Positions 52,306-64,000 of a DNA stretch of 64,000 bases are shown here, piece by piece (position 1 is the stretch's first letter; each line of letters begins with the position of its first letter). The notes beneath the pieces are model-generated. The model did not search any database, was not told the DNA's origin, and saw only the letters and a list, made by a program, of their open reading frames with translations. The position numbers and the translations under genes were made by a program. The DNA lies in contig JAQGDQ010000245.1 in the NCBI GenBank assembly GCA_030141605.1, positions 186,001 to 250,000 of the forward strand. The letters run 5' to 3'. The stretch comes from Tubiluchus corallicola (lineage: Eukaryota > Animalia > Priapulida).

Positions 52306-54298
52306 TTTTTATCCGCAAAAGTGAGTTGCGCGGATCTAAGAGAATCTAGACGTTGATTTTTCATCATCGTCATCATTAATTAAGGCATAAAATTTTCTTA
52401 GGCATCCATTATATTAACTCGCAGATGCAAAATGGAATAGTTACCAAAGTTGTAGGGTAGATACGTGGGATAGACCCTTAAAAGTGCTAAGGTAAACGGT
52501 GACCTAGTCTATTTTTATGGAGCTAGGACAAGAGCCAAAATATGGAAATTAGTGTTAACGGCTTTGTTACTCAAACGCCGAGGGCTAGGGTCAGGATATC
52601 TGCAAGGTGTATGTCTGGGGCAGGGGCACAGATAAAGGTATGATGAACAGTGATCTCTGCAAGTGTGTCCAGGACACACAGGACATAGGTTAATTCAAGT
52701 CATAACGTTGAATAACTCTAAAACTATAGTGTGCAATGTCATAAAACTTGAAACTTGCAGGGCAGACACCTAGTGCAAGGGTACACAAAGGCATGGTGAC
52801 CTCAGCCAAGAGGTCAAGCACACAGGACAGTTAGTCAAAAAATTTGTAAGGCAGACACCTGGGACAGGGGCTTTGAAAATGGAATGTAGATAAAAATGGC
52901 ACAAATAGAAAAGTAGGCAAAAATGGCACACTTAGTAAAATATGAGTTTACCGAAGTATGAGTGTTAGGATTAGCGTACGGGATAAGTATTTTAGTTATT
53001 TTAAACCCTACAAAGGAAGTTATGCTTCAACACAGTTTGTTTGGTTGGTTGTTTTTTGTCTGTTATGGCAGTAAGCCTATTATGCAACAACTACCTAATA
53101 GATTTTCATGAAATTTTGTGAAGAAGGTGGATACTAAGGGAATCTTTTTGCCAGGTTTTTTTTCCGCAAAACTTGACCGAACACCACACCACATGCAAAA
53201 AACATTCATGAAACACTTTGTGGAGGTCTCAGAAAGATGTTTAGTACTTCTTTTTTGTTATCTCCACCTGGACAAACAACGTACTACGAGTTAGTTCTAG
53301 TTCCATTTCGAGAAACTTTGATTTGCAAAACTGTATGACGCTGTCTATAACCTTTGTTTATTATATGTGTATAGCCATATAAGGTGACTTGGTATGTGAA
53401 TATGCATATATTTGTCAGTCTATTACCATCGACAAAATTAATGGTTAAAAAGGTAGATAAACACTGTGGAACATTTGTGCATTATTGATTACAAATCTAC
53501 TTAATGAACAAATATTTTGTGTGACCTTTGCTAGTCTATATACAATAATAGTAATACCAATACAGGCACACTTTTGTGTGTTTGCTTGTTTATCTTTGTG
53601 TTATTTTTTTTTTAATCAAAAGAATCAGACATCTAAGTTTTGGATTGCTGGGCTTTCGCAGAGAACTACTTCCTACTGAGTGCACTGTTTTATTACAGAA
53701 ATCAATTGCATCAATATAGCATATTTGCCATGTTCTCCCAATTTTCCTGTGCCATTTTTACCCACTTTTCCATTTGCGCCATTTTTACTGTGCCACTTTT
53801 TCCTGTGCCATTTTTTCCTGTGCCATTCCATGTGGTCAAAGAATCAAAGACACTCGGTGGCTAGGGCTTTGATTTAAATTATTTTTTTCATAAGTATTTG
53901 GATATAGTGGGGTAATTGTGTACCTGGGCTTTTAAAAAGTTGGCATTCTTTAAGGGTCCATTATAGAAGCAAAATGCATAACATCAAATAACTGCAAAAA
54001 TATAGTATCTAGAATCATGAAACTTGCAGAGTGGAAACCTAGGGTAAATCCTCAGCTGGAATTGTTTAAGAGCTTGAGATAGAAGCCAAAATGTGAAAAT
54101 AAAACAAATTGCTCAGTCACACAGTGGACTAGGCATAGTCAAATGAACTAGTCATGAGCACTGTGCACACATTGGTTAGTCACACTCGAGTGTAATAATC
54201 TACAGCCAGACATGACTTAAACATATTGTCAAGGCATAGTCAAGTAAAAACACTGCCACACCTGGTGGCTTCGGATCTGAAACCATTCAGTCTTATTA
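52306..54298 (+). mobile_element. Helentron-associated non-autonomous element (HINE/DINE-like) with nested insertions
   Basis: 5' TTTTTATCCGC..GCGGAT stem-loop followed by a short (CAT)n run. Internal sub-repeats GAAACTTGCAG..GCAGACACCT and GGTCAA. 3' end GGCTTCGGATCTG..CATTCAGTCTTATT with a sub-TIR resembling the 5' arm. Confidence 0.55.
52881..53829. mobile_element. Foldback/Mutator-like TIR element with tandem sub-terminal AAAAATGGCAC repeats
   Basis: Left GGAATGTAGATAAAAATGGCACAAATAGAAAAGTAGGCAAAAATGGCACA. Right TGTGCCATTTTTACCCACTTTTCCATTTGCGCCATTTTTA..(TGTGCCATTTTTTCC)n..ATTCC. Confidence 0.7.
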
Positions 54299-55649
54299 CA
54301 ACCTATTACATCATGTCAATGTCTTGCTGCTCAAGTATGTCTGCATTTTTTATGCAAGTTCGCCTCCCTTTTGGTCATGCAACTCTTTGTACCTAAGTGA
54401 AATGTTGATCAGCTGTTTACTTGGATATTAATGTTAAAACAAGGATGGTTTACAATGTTTACATATGCAAACACAAATAACTTGAGGTTTAAAAGAAAAA
54501 AGGCACATTAAATATCTCATTATCAAATAAAATTTTTAAACCTACTGTGCAGGAAACTGATGCAAAGCTTAAGACCTTGTACTTTTAATCATAAGAATTT
54601 TTTTTGCAAATTTCAGTAAAAAGTATTCAAAAAACTCCAAGATGCATAAAATAATGTATGCATCAGTTTCACTGAGTCTGTCGTAGTGCCACACATTCCA
54701 CTGCAAAAAGTTACAGCAATCAGCTGTACACTTATCTATTCTCTGTGAGAGCAGAGGACAGTAGTCCACAGTTTCTCGCTAAATCAGCTAAGCCAGGTAA
54801 AATTAATCTTCACTCTAAGATGAATGCTTAACTGTTTTGCAGAATTGTGCACACTTGGTTAGGTTTTCTTATCCTCAACAATCTTCGTAATACCTTTTTT
54901 GTGACATCTTATATGACGAGTAGTCGCTACTAAAGTTGTGGCATTCATATGCAGCATAATGCGTTCATTCATAAGTAAGTGTAGCAAAATTACTGGAAGC
55001 TGTCAATAAATAGCTCGTGTAATGTGCTCAACAAAAGGGCTCCCGCAAGGGCAAAATTGACGAATAATAAGCAAAAGAGTTGCTGTTAGGCTGTCAGCAA
55101 GGAAAGTAAACCTTTGAATTATCTAAGTTGCAAACCATTTATTAAGTGAAAGCAGTACAGTTGTTTTTCCTGGGCTTTAAGAATGACCTGTTATCTTGTC
55201 ACCATAAATAGGCATCAAGTTTGGTATTAAAAGAATGTATAATTTAATAATCAATTGACTGCTAATTCTAGGTAAAACATCTGCATGTCTGCCGTGCAGT
55301 ATAAGTTCAACTTTTCACCAACCTAACTCTTACTATATCTGTTTGTAAATGTTTCAAATATTGTGTTTACATAAGTAAAATAACACTAGGCCCAGAACAC
55401 ATAAAAGTAAAAGGAACAAGGAGACTAAAGCTGGACTTGTAAAGAAATTATATAAGACCCTAACTATGATGTATTAAGCACGTAAGCAACACATTAAAAT
55501 TTAGAAAATATTTACTGACCTAATTTTTTACAAATTAGACACTGGCCTTTTGACTTCTGTACACTTTACAGTGCAAGGTGAAGATGCAAAGGACTGTGTA
55601 CAATGCCTAGAGTCACATTTAGGACTAAAATACACATTCAAGAAACTTA

Positions 55650-56862
55650 GTGAACTTTCAAAGGCATTTGATACCGTACAACATTACATACTATTAAACA
55701 AACTCGAACATTATGGTATTAGGGGTACCCCACTGGAACTAGTAAAATGAATCATTTCCAATTGTAAACAATATACTTGCATAAACAAGACCCACTCGGA
55801 TATCACTAGCATAAGATGCGGAGTTCCCCAAGGTTCTACATTTGGTCCCTTTTTTTCTTAATTTACACCAATGATTTGGCATACTGTTCTGATTTCCATG
55901 TCCGGTTATTTGCAGATGATACGAACCTATTTTTACATGGTACTAATCTTAGTCAGCTTCAACTCAAGAGTAACAATGAACTAGACAAGATAGATACATG
56001 GATGAGGGCTAATAAGTTAACAAAAAACTATGAAAAAACAAAATATATGCTTATTTCTAACCAAGCCTTCAATACACGTAATACTTTTAAACTGTTTATG
56101 GGGGATCATGAATTAATTGCAGCTGATAATGTAAAATACTTAGGAATTTCTTCTCTTTTTTACAGCAGAGCAGTTATTAAAGTCATACCGCAGTACTATT
56201 TTATGAGTAAAGTTTCAGGTAATGTTCACAGATTGCACAAGTCTTACCTCTCCTTTATAAAATTATTAAAAAACCTATATAGCTAAATGTTTGTCTTATC
56301 AGCATATTGAAAATTATTTTATTTAGTATTATTGTTCAAGTCAGTAGATTTATTCTTAATCAATAAGCCTAGAAATAACGAAGTTGAACTCAAATAAAAA
56401 AGCATTTAATTCTTGTTGTTGATTAATTGCATTATTAACCCAAAGTGTTTTTATCATTACATAACAAATTTGACCTATTTTTCACATAAAATCAAAATGC
56501 TATTTATAGTTCATACAAGACTGACTTTATTTTGTTGCCCACTAATTTATAGTACATGTATTCTCTTTACTCTGGGTTACTTAATTATATAGCAAATGTC
56601 ATCATTTTAAAAATTATTAACGCTTCTTAAATTAAACTGATAACATTAATGCCCACCAGTGTCTAAAAATCATTTTATCTATATTCGGTAAAGGATAGCA
56701 GACTAGGTGACTTTATAGTCTTTTCGCTATCCTTTCTCTAGTTCTAGATCTATCTATTCATTTTAACCACTCTTCAAAACTTATTAGCGATTCTTTTATT
56801 AATGATGTTTTATTGTAGTATTATAAAGAGATAAATAAATTAAAATTGAATTGAAACTGAAT
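55650..56862 (+). mobile_element. Decayed CR1/L2/Crack-type LINE (RT fragment plus probable 3' tail)
   Basis: LSKAFDTVQHYILLNKLEHYGIRG, CGVPQGSTFGP, FLIYTNDL, LFADDTNLF, WMRANKL, VKYLGI with stops and frameshifts (55650-56150). Downstream is a stem-loop (ggatagc..gctatcc) and an AATAAA + (ATTGA)n-like tail at ~56690-56862. Linkage of the tail to the RT fragment is inferred. Confidence 0.8.
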
Positions 56863-57509
56863 TAGTGATTTTTTCCGCAGGAATCTCCAAGTGCACCTCT
56901 TTTGTCTTTAATATTTGCAATGATAAATAAGTTGAAGAACTTTTTCTGCAGCACATGGTTGACCAGCATGTACTCACAATTTTACCACAACGATGATGGA
57001 GGGTCGAAAAAGTTATAGGAAAGCAGGACGAACACGAGGAATACCCTAGACTGGTGAGGTAGCTGCGAATGTTTTAGGTTTACACATTAAAATTTCAATG
57101 ACGATGACAGAACAATTACAATTTTTACACATTAGACTCATAATAGGCTTACAATTGAAAAACAAATATGAAAAAATCACAACTGACCTGGATTTCTACC
57201 AGATCATTGAGTTACAAGGTTCTAATTCGATCCTAATAGCTCAACAATCCTTCTAGTGCAGTTACTCGCACTAGAATTGTTACTAACTAATCAGTTCAAG
57301 TTTAATATGATCTTAAGGCTAGAATAGCCTGTGGTTCATCAACTACATATAATTTTAACTGCAAGATTATTAACTAATGAACGACACTTCAGACTCAAGA
57401 AACACCAATTTGAAAATGAGAAACTGATTCTCCACCTATGCAACAGATAGTTAAATTAAAGATAACACAGTTTCCTTATGATGTGTTACAGTTAGCAAAG
57501 TTGTCTGGA

Positions 57510-57560
57510 CTGCAGAAGGTGTGGGTTCAAATCCCAAAGGTGGAATGAAATTTTGGGGTT
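57510..57560 (+). mobile_element. tRNA-derived SINE head remnant
   Basis: Pol III B-box-like GGTTCAAATCCC preceded by a degenerate A-box region. No complete cloverleaf. Confidence 0.35.
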
Positions 57561-58289
57561 TTCAATTCAACATTGCTTAACAGCATTTCTAAATGAACTA
57601 ACAATTTGAGAAAACAAAACAGACTGCTCAAACATAGGCTGCCAGAGCAAAAATTACATTTGGATACATTATCCCACATATAAGCCATTATTCAGGCACA
57701 GAGTATAATTGTTAATTTCATCAAGTATTGATAAAAAAAAATTACTCAAGCACAGCCTGTGTAAATGGGTAATGTAACAAGAAGAAGTTTGTTCATCTTT
57801 CCCTAAACCAATCATGAGTAGAGACATCTTTGCAAAATATGACTGTTACATTGACATCAGAAAGAAAAGAACTGCCACACTGCATTCTATAGGAAAGTCT
57901 ATCACATTACTGTATGTTATGGGATAAGACATTGTAAGTAATGACTTTGGATTGGCCTCTTTGGCTGAGCCAGGATTTCACTTTACAAACTCAAATACCT
58001 ACATAAAATTGAAGGTTACAAGAAGTTATTGACATTTCATATTGTTGTATGCATGAAAGAGGAGGACATGTTCAAGCTGCTTTCACGTTAAAGTTACTTC
58101 AAGATAATACTGAAAGACATACATAATACATTACCATCGAAGGACAGAGGTTATTAGCTTATAAACCTCTCCACTCTTTCCTATGTACTTTATTTGATAT
58201 AAAAATATGTGTATCCACTGCGATGAAGAATCGTGGCAAAAGACATTCTGTTGCTATTGGGGTAATCTAGGGTCAATAAATTTTTCTGG

Positions 58290-58570
58290 ATTATGTTTCC
58301 TAGTGTCTGTCGAGATGAAACAAGCTGGGCCGGAATACAGGCTTGAACCATCGTGTCTGACAGCTTATTACACTCATCAGGTACCTGTTTGGAACTGTTC
58401 CCTTCTTAATTTTGTTGAAAGTTCTCAGCTACCAATGCCTACCATGGTATCATCATCAATGGTCAATGGTTTCCATGCCCTTAAGGATTTAGAATGTTTG
58501 AATGAGATCTTGTCTTCTATATCTATACTTCAAGGTTGTAAGGCTGAGATATAAGTCTTGAAGGACATGG
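58290..58570 (-). mobile_element. CR1-like LINE 3' remnant
   Basis: Minus translation LSLTTLKYRYRRQDLIQTF*ILKGMETID matches the CR1 ORF2 C-terminal LxxLExRRxRGDLIxxFKILKG pattern. Confidence 0.6.
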
Positions 58571-61191
58571 TAAATGAGAAAAAGCTAGCGCAGGCTTTAT
58601 TAATATCATTATTAATAAAAAAGGGCCAAAACATCAAGTGTGCCGAAACAACACAAATAATTTCACGACGCTAGAATTAACGCGTGATCTCTGTTATACA
58701 AACTAGTTTATTTTTACTTTTAGTTCAAATGTTATTTTATCAGGTCATAAAGTTTTATTTAATAAACCTAACCCGAAGCCTGAATAATATGTCAGTACAT
58801 CAAAATATAGATTCAAACAGCCAAAAAACTACGCGGTCACCAACTTGGTTTACCTATGAACTATGAATTTTATTTCACACATCAATATAAAACTTTTACC
58901 ATTAACTTTTAAAAATTAATTAATTGGCAGCTACTTACTAGTTTCATTCTCAAATTCTAAAACATGAAACACGCACAAAACATTACTTTCTGGAACTCAG
59001 CTTGCCAATGATCAATGTAAACAAATTATACTAGACAACACGTGCTGATTGAAAACAGTATCATGGTCGACACTTATTTGCATGCCTAAAGCTTACGCCA
59101 ACTTTGCACTTTCCCTTAGAGAACCATTATATATCTACAACGTAAGTTGTTTCTCTCAGCTCGTTGTTCCACCTGGTGGGCAAATATAAAAATTTATTAG
59201 AAAAAAGGAAAATATTAGATTTCGGTACCAAAAAATTGTTTTTATTATTTCTTACATGTAGGAATAATTGGGCTTTTTACTGCAAAAGGCAGGAGAGAAG
59301 ATTATCAACAAATAATTCAATGCTCTTTATTGACCGAGTCAATCTGTACTGTACGATAACAAAAAAGATACTCAGGTTGAATTGTTTAACAATGTTTTGT
59401 CAAGTTTGCTATTGATATTTATTTTCATTTTAAAAATAATTATAGTATAACACGATTATAGCGAACATGGTTTATTGTGTACATACCAGTGATGCGAACA
59501 TACGAAAAAGAACGAACTTCAATCATTTATTTAACTAGTATCATAGCTTTGAATACAGCGTACACAGTTATTACGTATTGCGAACTTTTTGTCGAGCTTC
59601 ATTGTCTGCATTACTATGTTGTTTATATGTTTTCGTTTTGTACTTTATCTTTACTAGCTGCTTCAGAATTAATTTATAGTAAATTTAACCTGTCATTTCT
59701 GATGCTAGAAAAAAGTTGGTTTGGCATGCTGCATAGGGAGTTGTTAGCATGTTGTTTTAAAAGGTCATTTTGTCAACTAGCTGTAAAAAAACAACTGAGT
59801 CACTAAGTGGGTTCGAAACCAGCTGTTTAAGTATGTACACTGGCAGTGCACTCATGAGATATTTCATCAAGTGACAATTGTATAGCACAGCAGATGCTTT
59901 GCTTCAAAAACTTTTTAAAAAGAAGCAAACAGAAATTTTGTGCAAACAAAATTGACTGTCTTTCTTTGAACCTCATTCACTATACTGAACAGGTGAGGTA
60001 AATTTACAGCTAAACATGTACTGCAGATTATGCATGTGTACATGAAATTTAATATGAAATTTTTGTTTAATTTTTAATTTATTGAAGTCCCATAAAAGTA
60101 CTTTTAAAATATGTTTCACTGAATTTTAAAATACAGCAAAGTAGTTGATACTTGATAGCATCATCTAAAAGTACTTTACATCCTCTCTGAAGCTATACAT
60201 TATTACAATATTAATATCCATGAAGTAGTCATATACATACCATTACCGATGCTTTCATACGGTACTTTTTCTGGGTTCCTAACAAGTTCGCTATAACAAT
60301 GTTATACTGTATTTTAATTTGTAGCTAAAAAGAGCAAAAAGCAGCCTTTATTGTCAGGTACACAGTTTTATTCACAAGTTTTAAAGGTAGTTAAGAGCTT
60401 ATAATAAATTTTAGTAGATTGCCCAGATACATTATAATGCAGAGTGCTAAATTTAAACAATTTAAAGCAAAAATGCACTGTTAGCATTGCAATTTAGCAT
60501 CCCAGATGACTGAATTGGATTAGTCACCTGGCAGGCAATAACTGCTGTCAGCAGTTTATTTATTAGTAATAAGTTAAAGTTAATGAATCAGGAATTAAGT
60601 TATTTGAGCTCTTAATTTGCAATGTAAACATTATGAAAATATGATGTAAACTTATAAAATTTTGACATTTAAAGTAAGGCACCAGCTGAACGACAGGCTA
60701 GTTGTCCTAGTTTGTTATGTAATCAGTGTTATTCACTCAGTAGCCTTTACACAGTCACAGCATTGCAATAATTATGACAACGAAAGTGTACAATACAATA
60801 AAATCATTGAAACTACAGTCTTACTTGTATAATAGCTAAATAGCTAAACGAGACTGACAAAACATTAATACCACCAATTTTACCTAGTTAACGTTTTCCT
60901 AAAGAATTCTATTTTCAAACAAATGAGGATGACGAATAACTTGACGATGAGGAATATCAAAATTTCGCCTAGATCTCCAGATACCACGATTACTACAATA
61001 AATACAGCAAATTGGTCAAATTTACTTTTATTAGCCAGCTAATAAAAAAGATATCCAATTAGAGAATAAAAGAAAGCTCTTTCAAGTTTAGTGCCAGAAG
61101 ACACTGCATTGTACAATGACAGAGCTGTAGTTATACCTAAACTGGTACATTTTATCTGCACAATCACAATACGTAGAACTTTCAGACTGCA

Positions 61192-63684
61192 TCACAATCG
61201 AACAACTCTGCGAAGTTCATGTGTTAACCAGAGAGCTGACGAGATCGTAATTAATGCTCCAGATTGATGCAAAGCTCCGAGCCACACTGGCACGTAAAGC
61301 AAAAGAGCACTGATTCCAAGAGTAGCCTAAAACAAATGAAAATACTAAAAAGTGGAAGCGTGCAAAAATAAAAGTTTAATAAGTATGAATGTTAAAACTC
61401 TAGAGAGTGTTGCCCTCCAGAAAAAAATGGTAAAACTGTGCTTTTCTGACAGGATTTGAACTGCTTGCAAAGTAGATATGTTATACTATACTATATGGCT
61501 TGTTATACTATATGGCTAATGCTTAGTGTAACATGCTGCGCAGAACAAGTAAAAAGTGATAAGGGGTTTTGAAACAGGGTTTGTACTGCTTGCAACACTA
61601 ATATCCTACCATGTGTGTTCTTGGACAAATGTACGAATATGGTTCAATTCAGCTGACTTAAAACAGTTATTAACAGACATCCGCAATACGTTATTGCACA
61701 TCCAGTTGCACATAAATATTTGCAAAATAGCTGCAGGACAAATAATGTAAGGACTTTTACCAGACGACCCTTATGCTTCGAAGAAGACCTAATTATCGCT
61801 AATAGGACGCACATTGCAACAAGAAAAGCAGTAAAGAAATTTGTAGATGAGGTGTGCACCCACTGTACAGGAGAGGGCTCAATGAGGAGCATATAACATT
61901 CTCATTATAAGGTGGGCTTTGATGATGAAATGTTTCAGTGGTATTTTAGATTGGAAAGAGGACAGCTTACCTAGCTACTGTTCTTTTACTCGATTTTACA
62001 AAATATCATGTAGCTCATGATATTACGTGAAACACAACACAGTATTTTGCTGCTAAGACGTGTTACGTGATCTTTCTTCTGCAAGGCTAAGGCTAGCTTG
62101 CGACTTATAATGTGAAACACAATATAGTATTTTGCTGCTAAGAAGTGCTGATATTGTGATTTATTCCGCAAGGACATTGCTATAGGGAGGGACGCTTTTT
62201 CAGCAATGCAGGGTTCAGCTTTGGATAAAGTAACCGATGTTATCTCAGTAAATTGCTTTAAAGATAGTCAGATTAGTTAAAAAGCTGAGGAATTGGCCTC
62301 GTTTATTAAACACTAAAGCCATGCATCCCATAGAGTGCAAGAAGGTTTGAACGAATGGAAAAAGTACAACAATAAATCTGATTAAAACATCATACCTGGG
62401 CCATCATTGCCATAGCGACCGTATGCAGTGCCATTTGAGCTCGACGTGGCAAAGGTGTTCTCCTATGGATGTACCACATGGCTGATATCGTACAAAACGA
62501 CAATGAACACTGAAAATGAGATGCGATAATTGCAGTGGGTATTTGAAGCACTACTGGGAACTATTGCAAGTATACACAACTAATCTGTTTTTTAAGTTGG
62601 TTTTCTCATACAGATAATAACTGTTGGATTATTGTCCAGCCATTAAACAAATAATTTTAAATATAAATTACCCAATTTAAAATAGAAAATTATGAATAGT
62701 TGTGTAGTGTCCTCACTATAGTTATATCAACCTCCTTAGCTCAATAATAGAGATTCCATTACATAGATTTACAGGACACACTACACAAAAATACTGTTTA
62801 TACTATGAATAGGTAAATACTGTCCATATGTTGGAATATGTAAATCAATTGATGTGGCTGGCTTGTATGATGACGGTGACCATTTAATATTTTTTCCAGT
62901 GATGATTTATAAAATTTATTATATTAATCTTACCAAAACTCTATGATGAAACTGTGCAGCTGTCGGATTCTCAAACCAGTTTCTCCACCCTTTCACAGCA
63001 AAAAGGTCTGTGGGAACCCAACGATCGGCAAATTTGGGAAATGAATTATAAACCAGGCCCGCATCTAGACCAGCTACAAATGCACCTGGCGAAATGGAAA
63101 AAATCAACAATATTTGTCATTCACTATCATTTTCCCAATAAAGACTATCTTTGTAAGTATGATTTGTGATGTTTGTATTCTTAATTTTTCCTTTCAATGT
63201 TCATTATCATTATTATCATCAATTATAATCGTCATCATGACTAACAAGAAGTTAAAATTTCAGTTCATAATAAACCTGTTTGAGATATGAACTTATTCTG
63301 CTGCTTAGTGTCAAAATTACATTGCAAAAAATAGCATTGCAAAAATTTGCTGAAATAGCTAAAAAAAGTTATCAAAATACTAAAGCCATGAAACATGCAC
63401 AAGAACGTAACATGTCACAGATTCCTATCAACATAACGAAATAAGTTAGTTCTCAAATTCTATTTGTATTTAGTTTCTTGCTGCAAATTACAGCCAAACT
63501 GAAAACTAATAAAAATATTTAAACATAAATAATTAATGCAAAAAATACTACTTATATCAAGCAAACAAAACAGCATGCAGTACCAAGAGAGAATCCCAAT
63601 ACCTGATATAGCAGTGATGATTACAAGAGTTTTAGAACTCACAGCTAGTCTTCTTAAATTACGTATATGAGATGACTGGGTCTT
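61192..63684 (-). CDS. COX15: Heme A synthase COX15; 5'-partial, last 4 coding exons
   Basis: Minus-strand exons 63684-63603 ([27 protein letters not shown]), 63085-62934 ([41 protein letters not shown]), 62509-62396 (..[16 protein letters not shown]), 61326-61192 ([44 protein letters not shown]). Conserved His-containing motifs QFxHR and HQSG are present. Confidence 0.95.
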
Positions 63685-64000
63685 CTGAAAGTGTTCCAAC
63701 ATGCAGACAACATTAGAAGAGTATTGAACAGAAAGGAAGGAGTAGCTGCCAAATGGTTAAGTGAAACTTAAAATTTAGAACACAAAGACGAAAAAGACGT
63801 GCGAAAAATACTGTGACACAGAAGCTGGAAAACACAAAAGTTATAGCAACTCAAGGAAAGATAGCCAACACCACAAGAACATGACACTAGTACTGCAAGT
63901 TGCAACATGGCTGACTGCAATTATTGAACATTTATGGAGACAAAAAATTTCCTTTTACTTTAAAAAATCATTTTCACGGTCATTTGACAGGTACATATTA

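Noticed and set aside
58350-58385. Hammerhead-like CTGATGA-GTGT..ACAC on the minus strand
   Set aside because: It is followed by GATG rather than GAAA and lies within a decayed CR1 coding remnant.
58207-58554. 115-aa plus-strand ORF as a host gene
   Set aside because: It is the antisense frame of a CR1 relic and has no recognisable domain.

Overview
AT-rich, intron-rich animal genomic DNA. The repeat content and gene sequences suggest an invertebrate, possibly a lophotrochozoan (inference only). Four spliced protein-coding genes were reconstructed by hand with phase-consistent GT-AG junctions. (1) The C-terminal ~938 aa (17 exons) of the ribosome-biogenesis protein RRP5/PDCD11 on + (1187-14026). 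(2) A complete 8-exon peroxisomal 2,4-dienoyl-CoA reductase DECR2 on - (22671-15547; 293 aa, ends SKL). (3) A complete complexin with 4 coding exons on - (37039-27301; 141 aa, ends in the CAAX box CSLM), with ~24 kb of gene-free upstream DNA. (4) The last 4 exons of heme A synthase COX15 on - (63684-61192). Introns and intergenic DNA hold LINE fragments, MITEs, a 2.7 kb TTAA-flanked DNA transposon, Helentron-like nested elements and tandem or simple repeats. I see no convincing evidence of a wholly new biological system. The most unusual observation is a near-intact sense LINE that makes up ~95% of DECR2 intron 1 and appears to separate the native branch region from the 3' splice site. Other notable items are the prenylated complexin, a microsatellite-associated TIR element family and a three-layer nested insertion. 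Gene and repeat family assignments rest on remembered motifs, not database searches.
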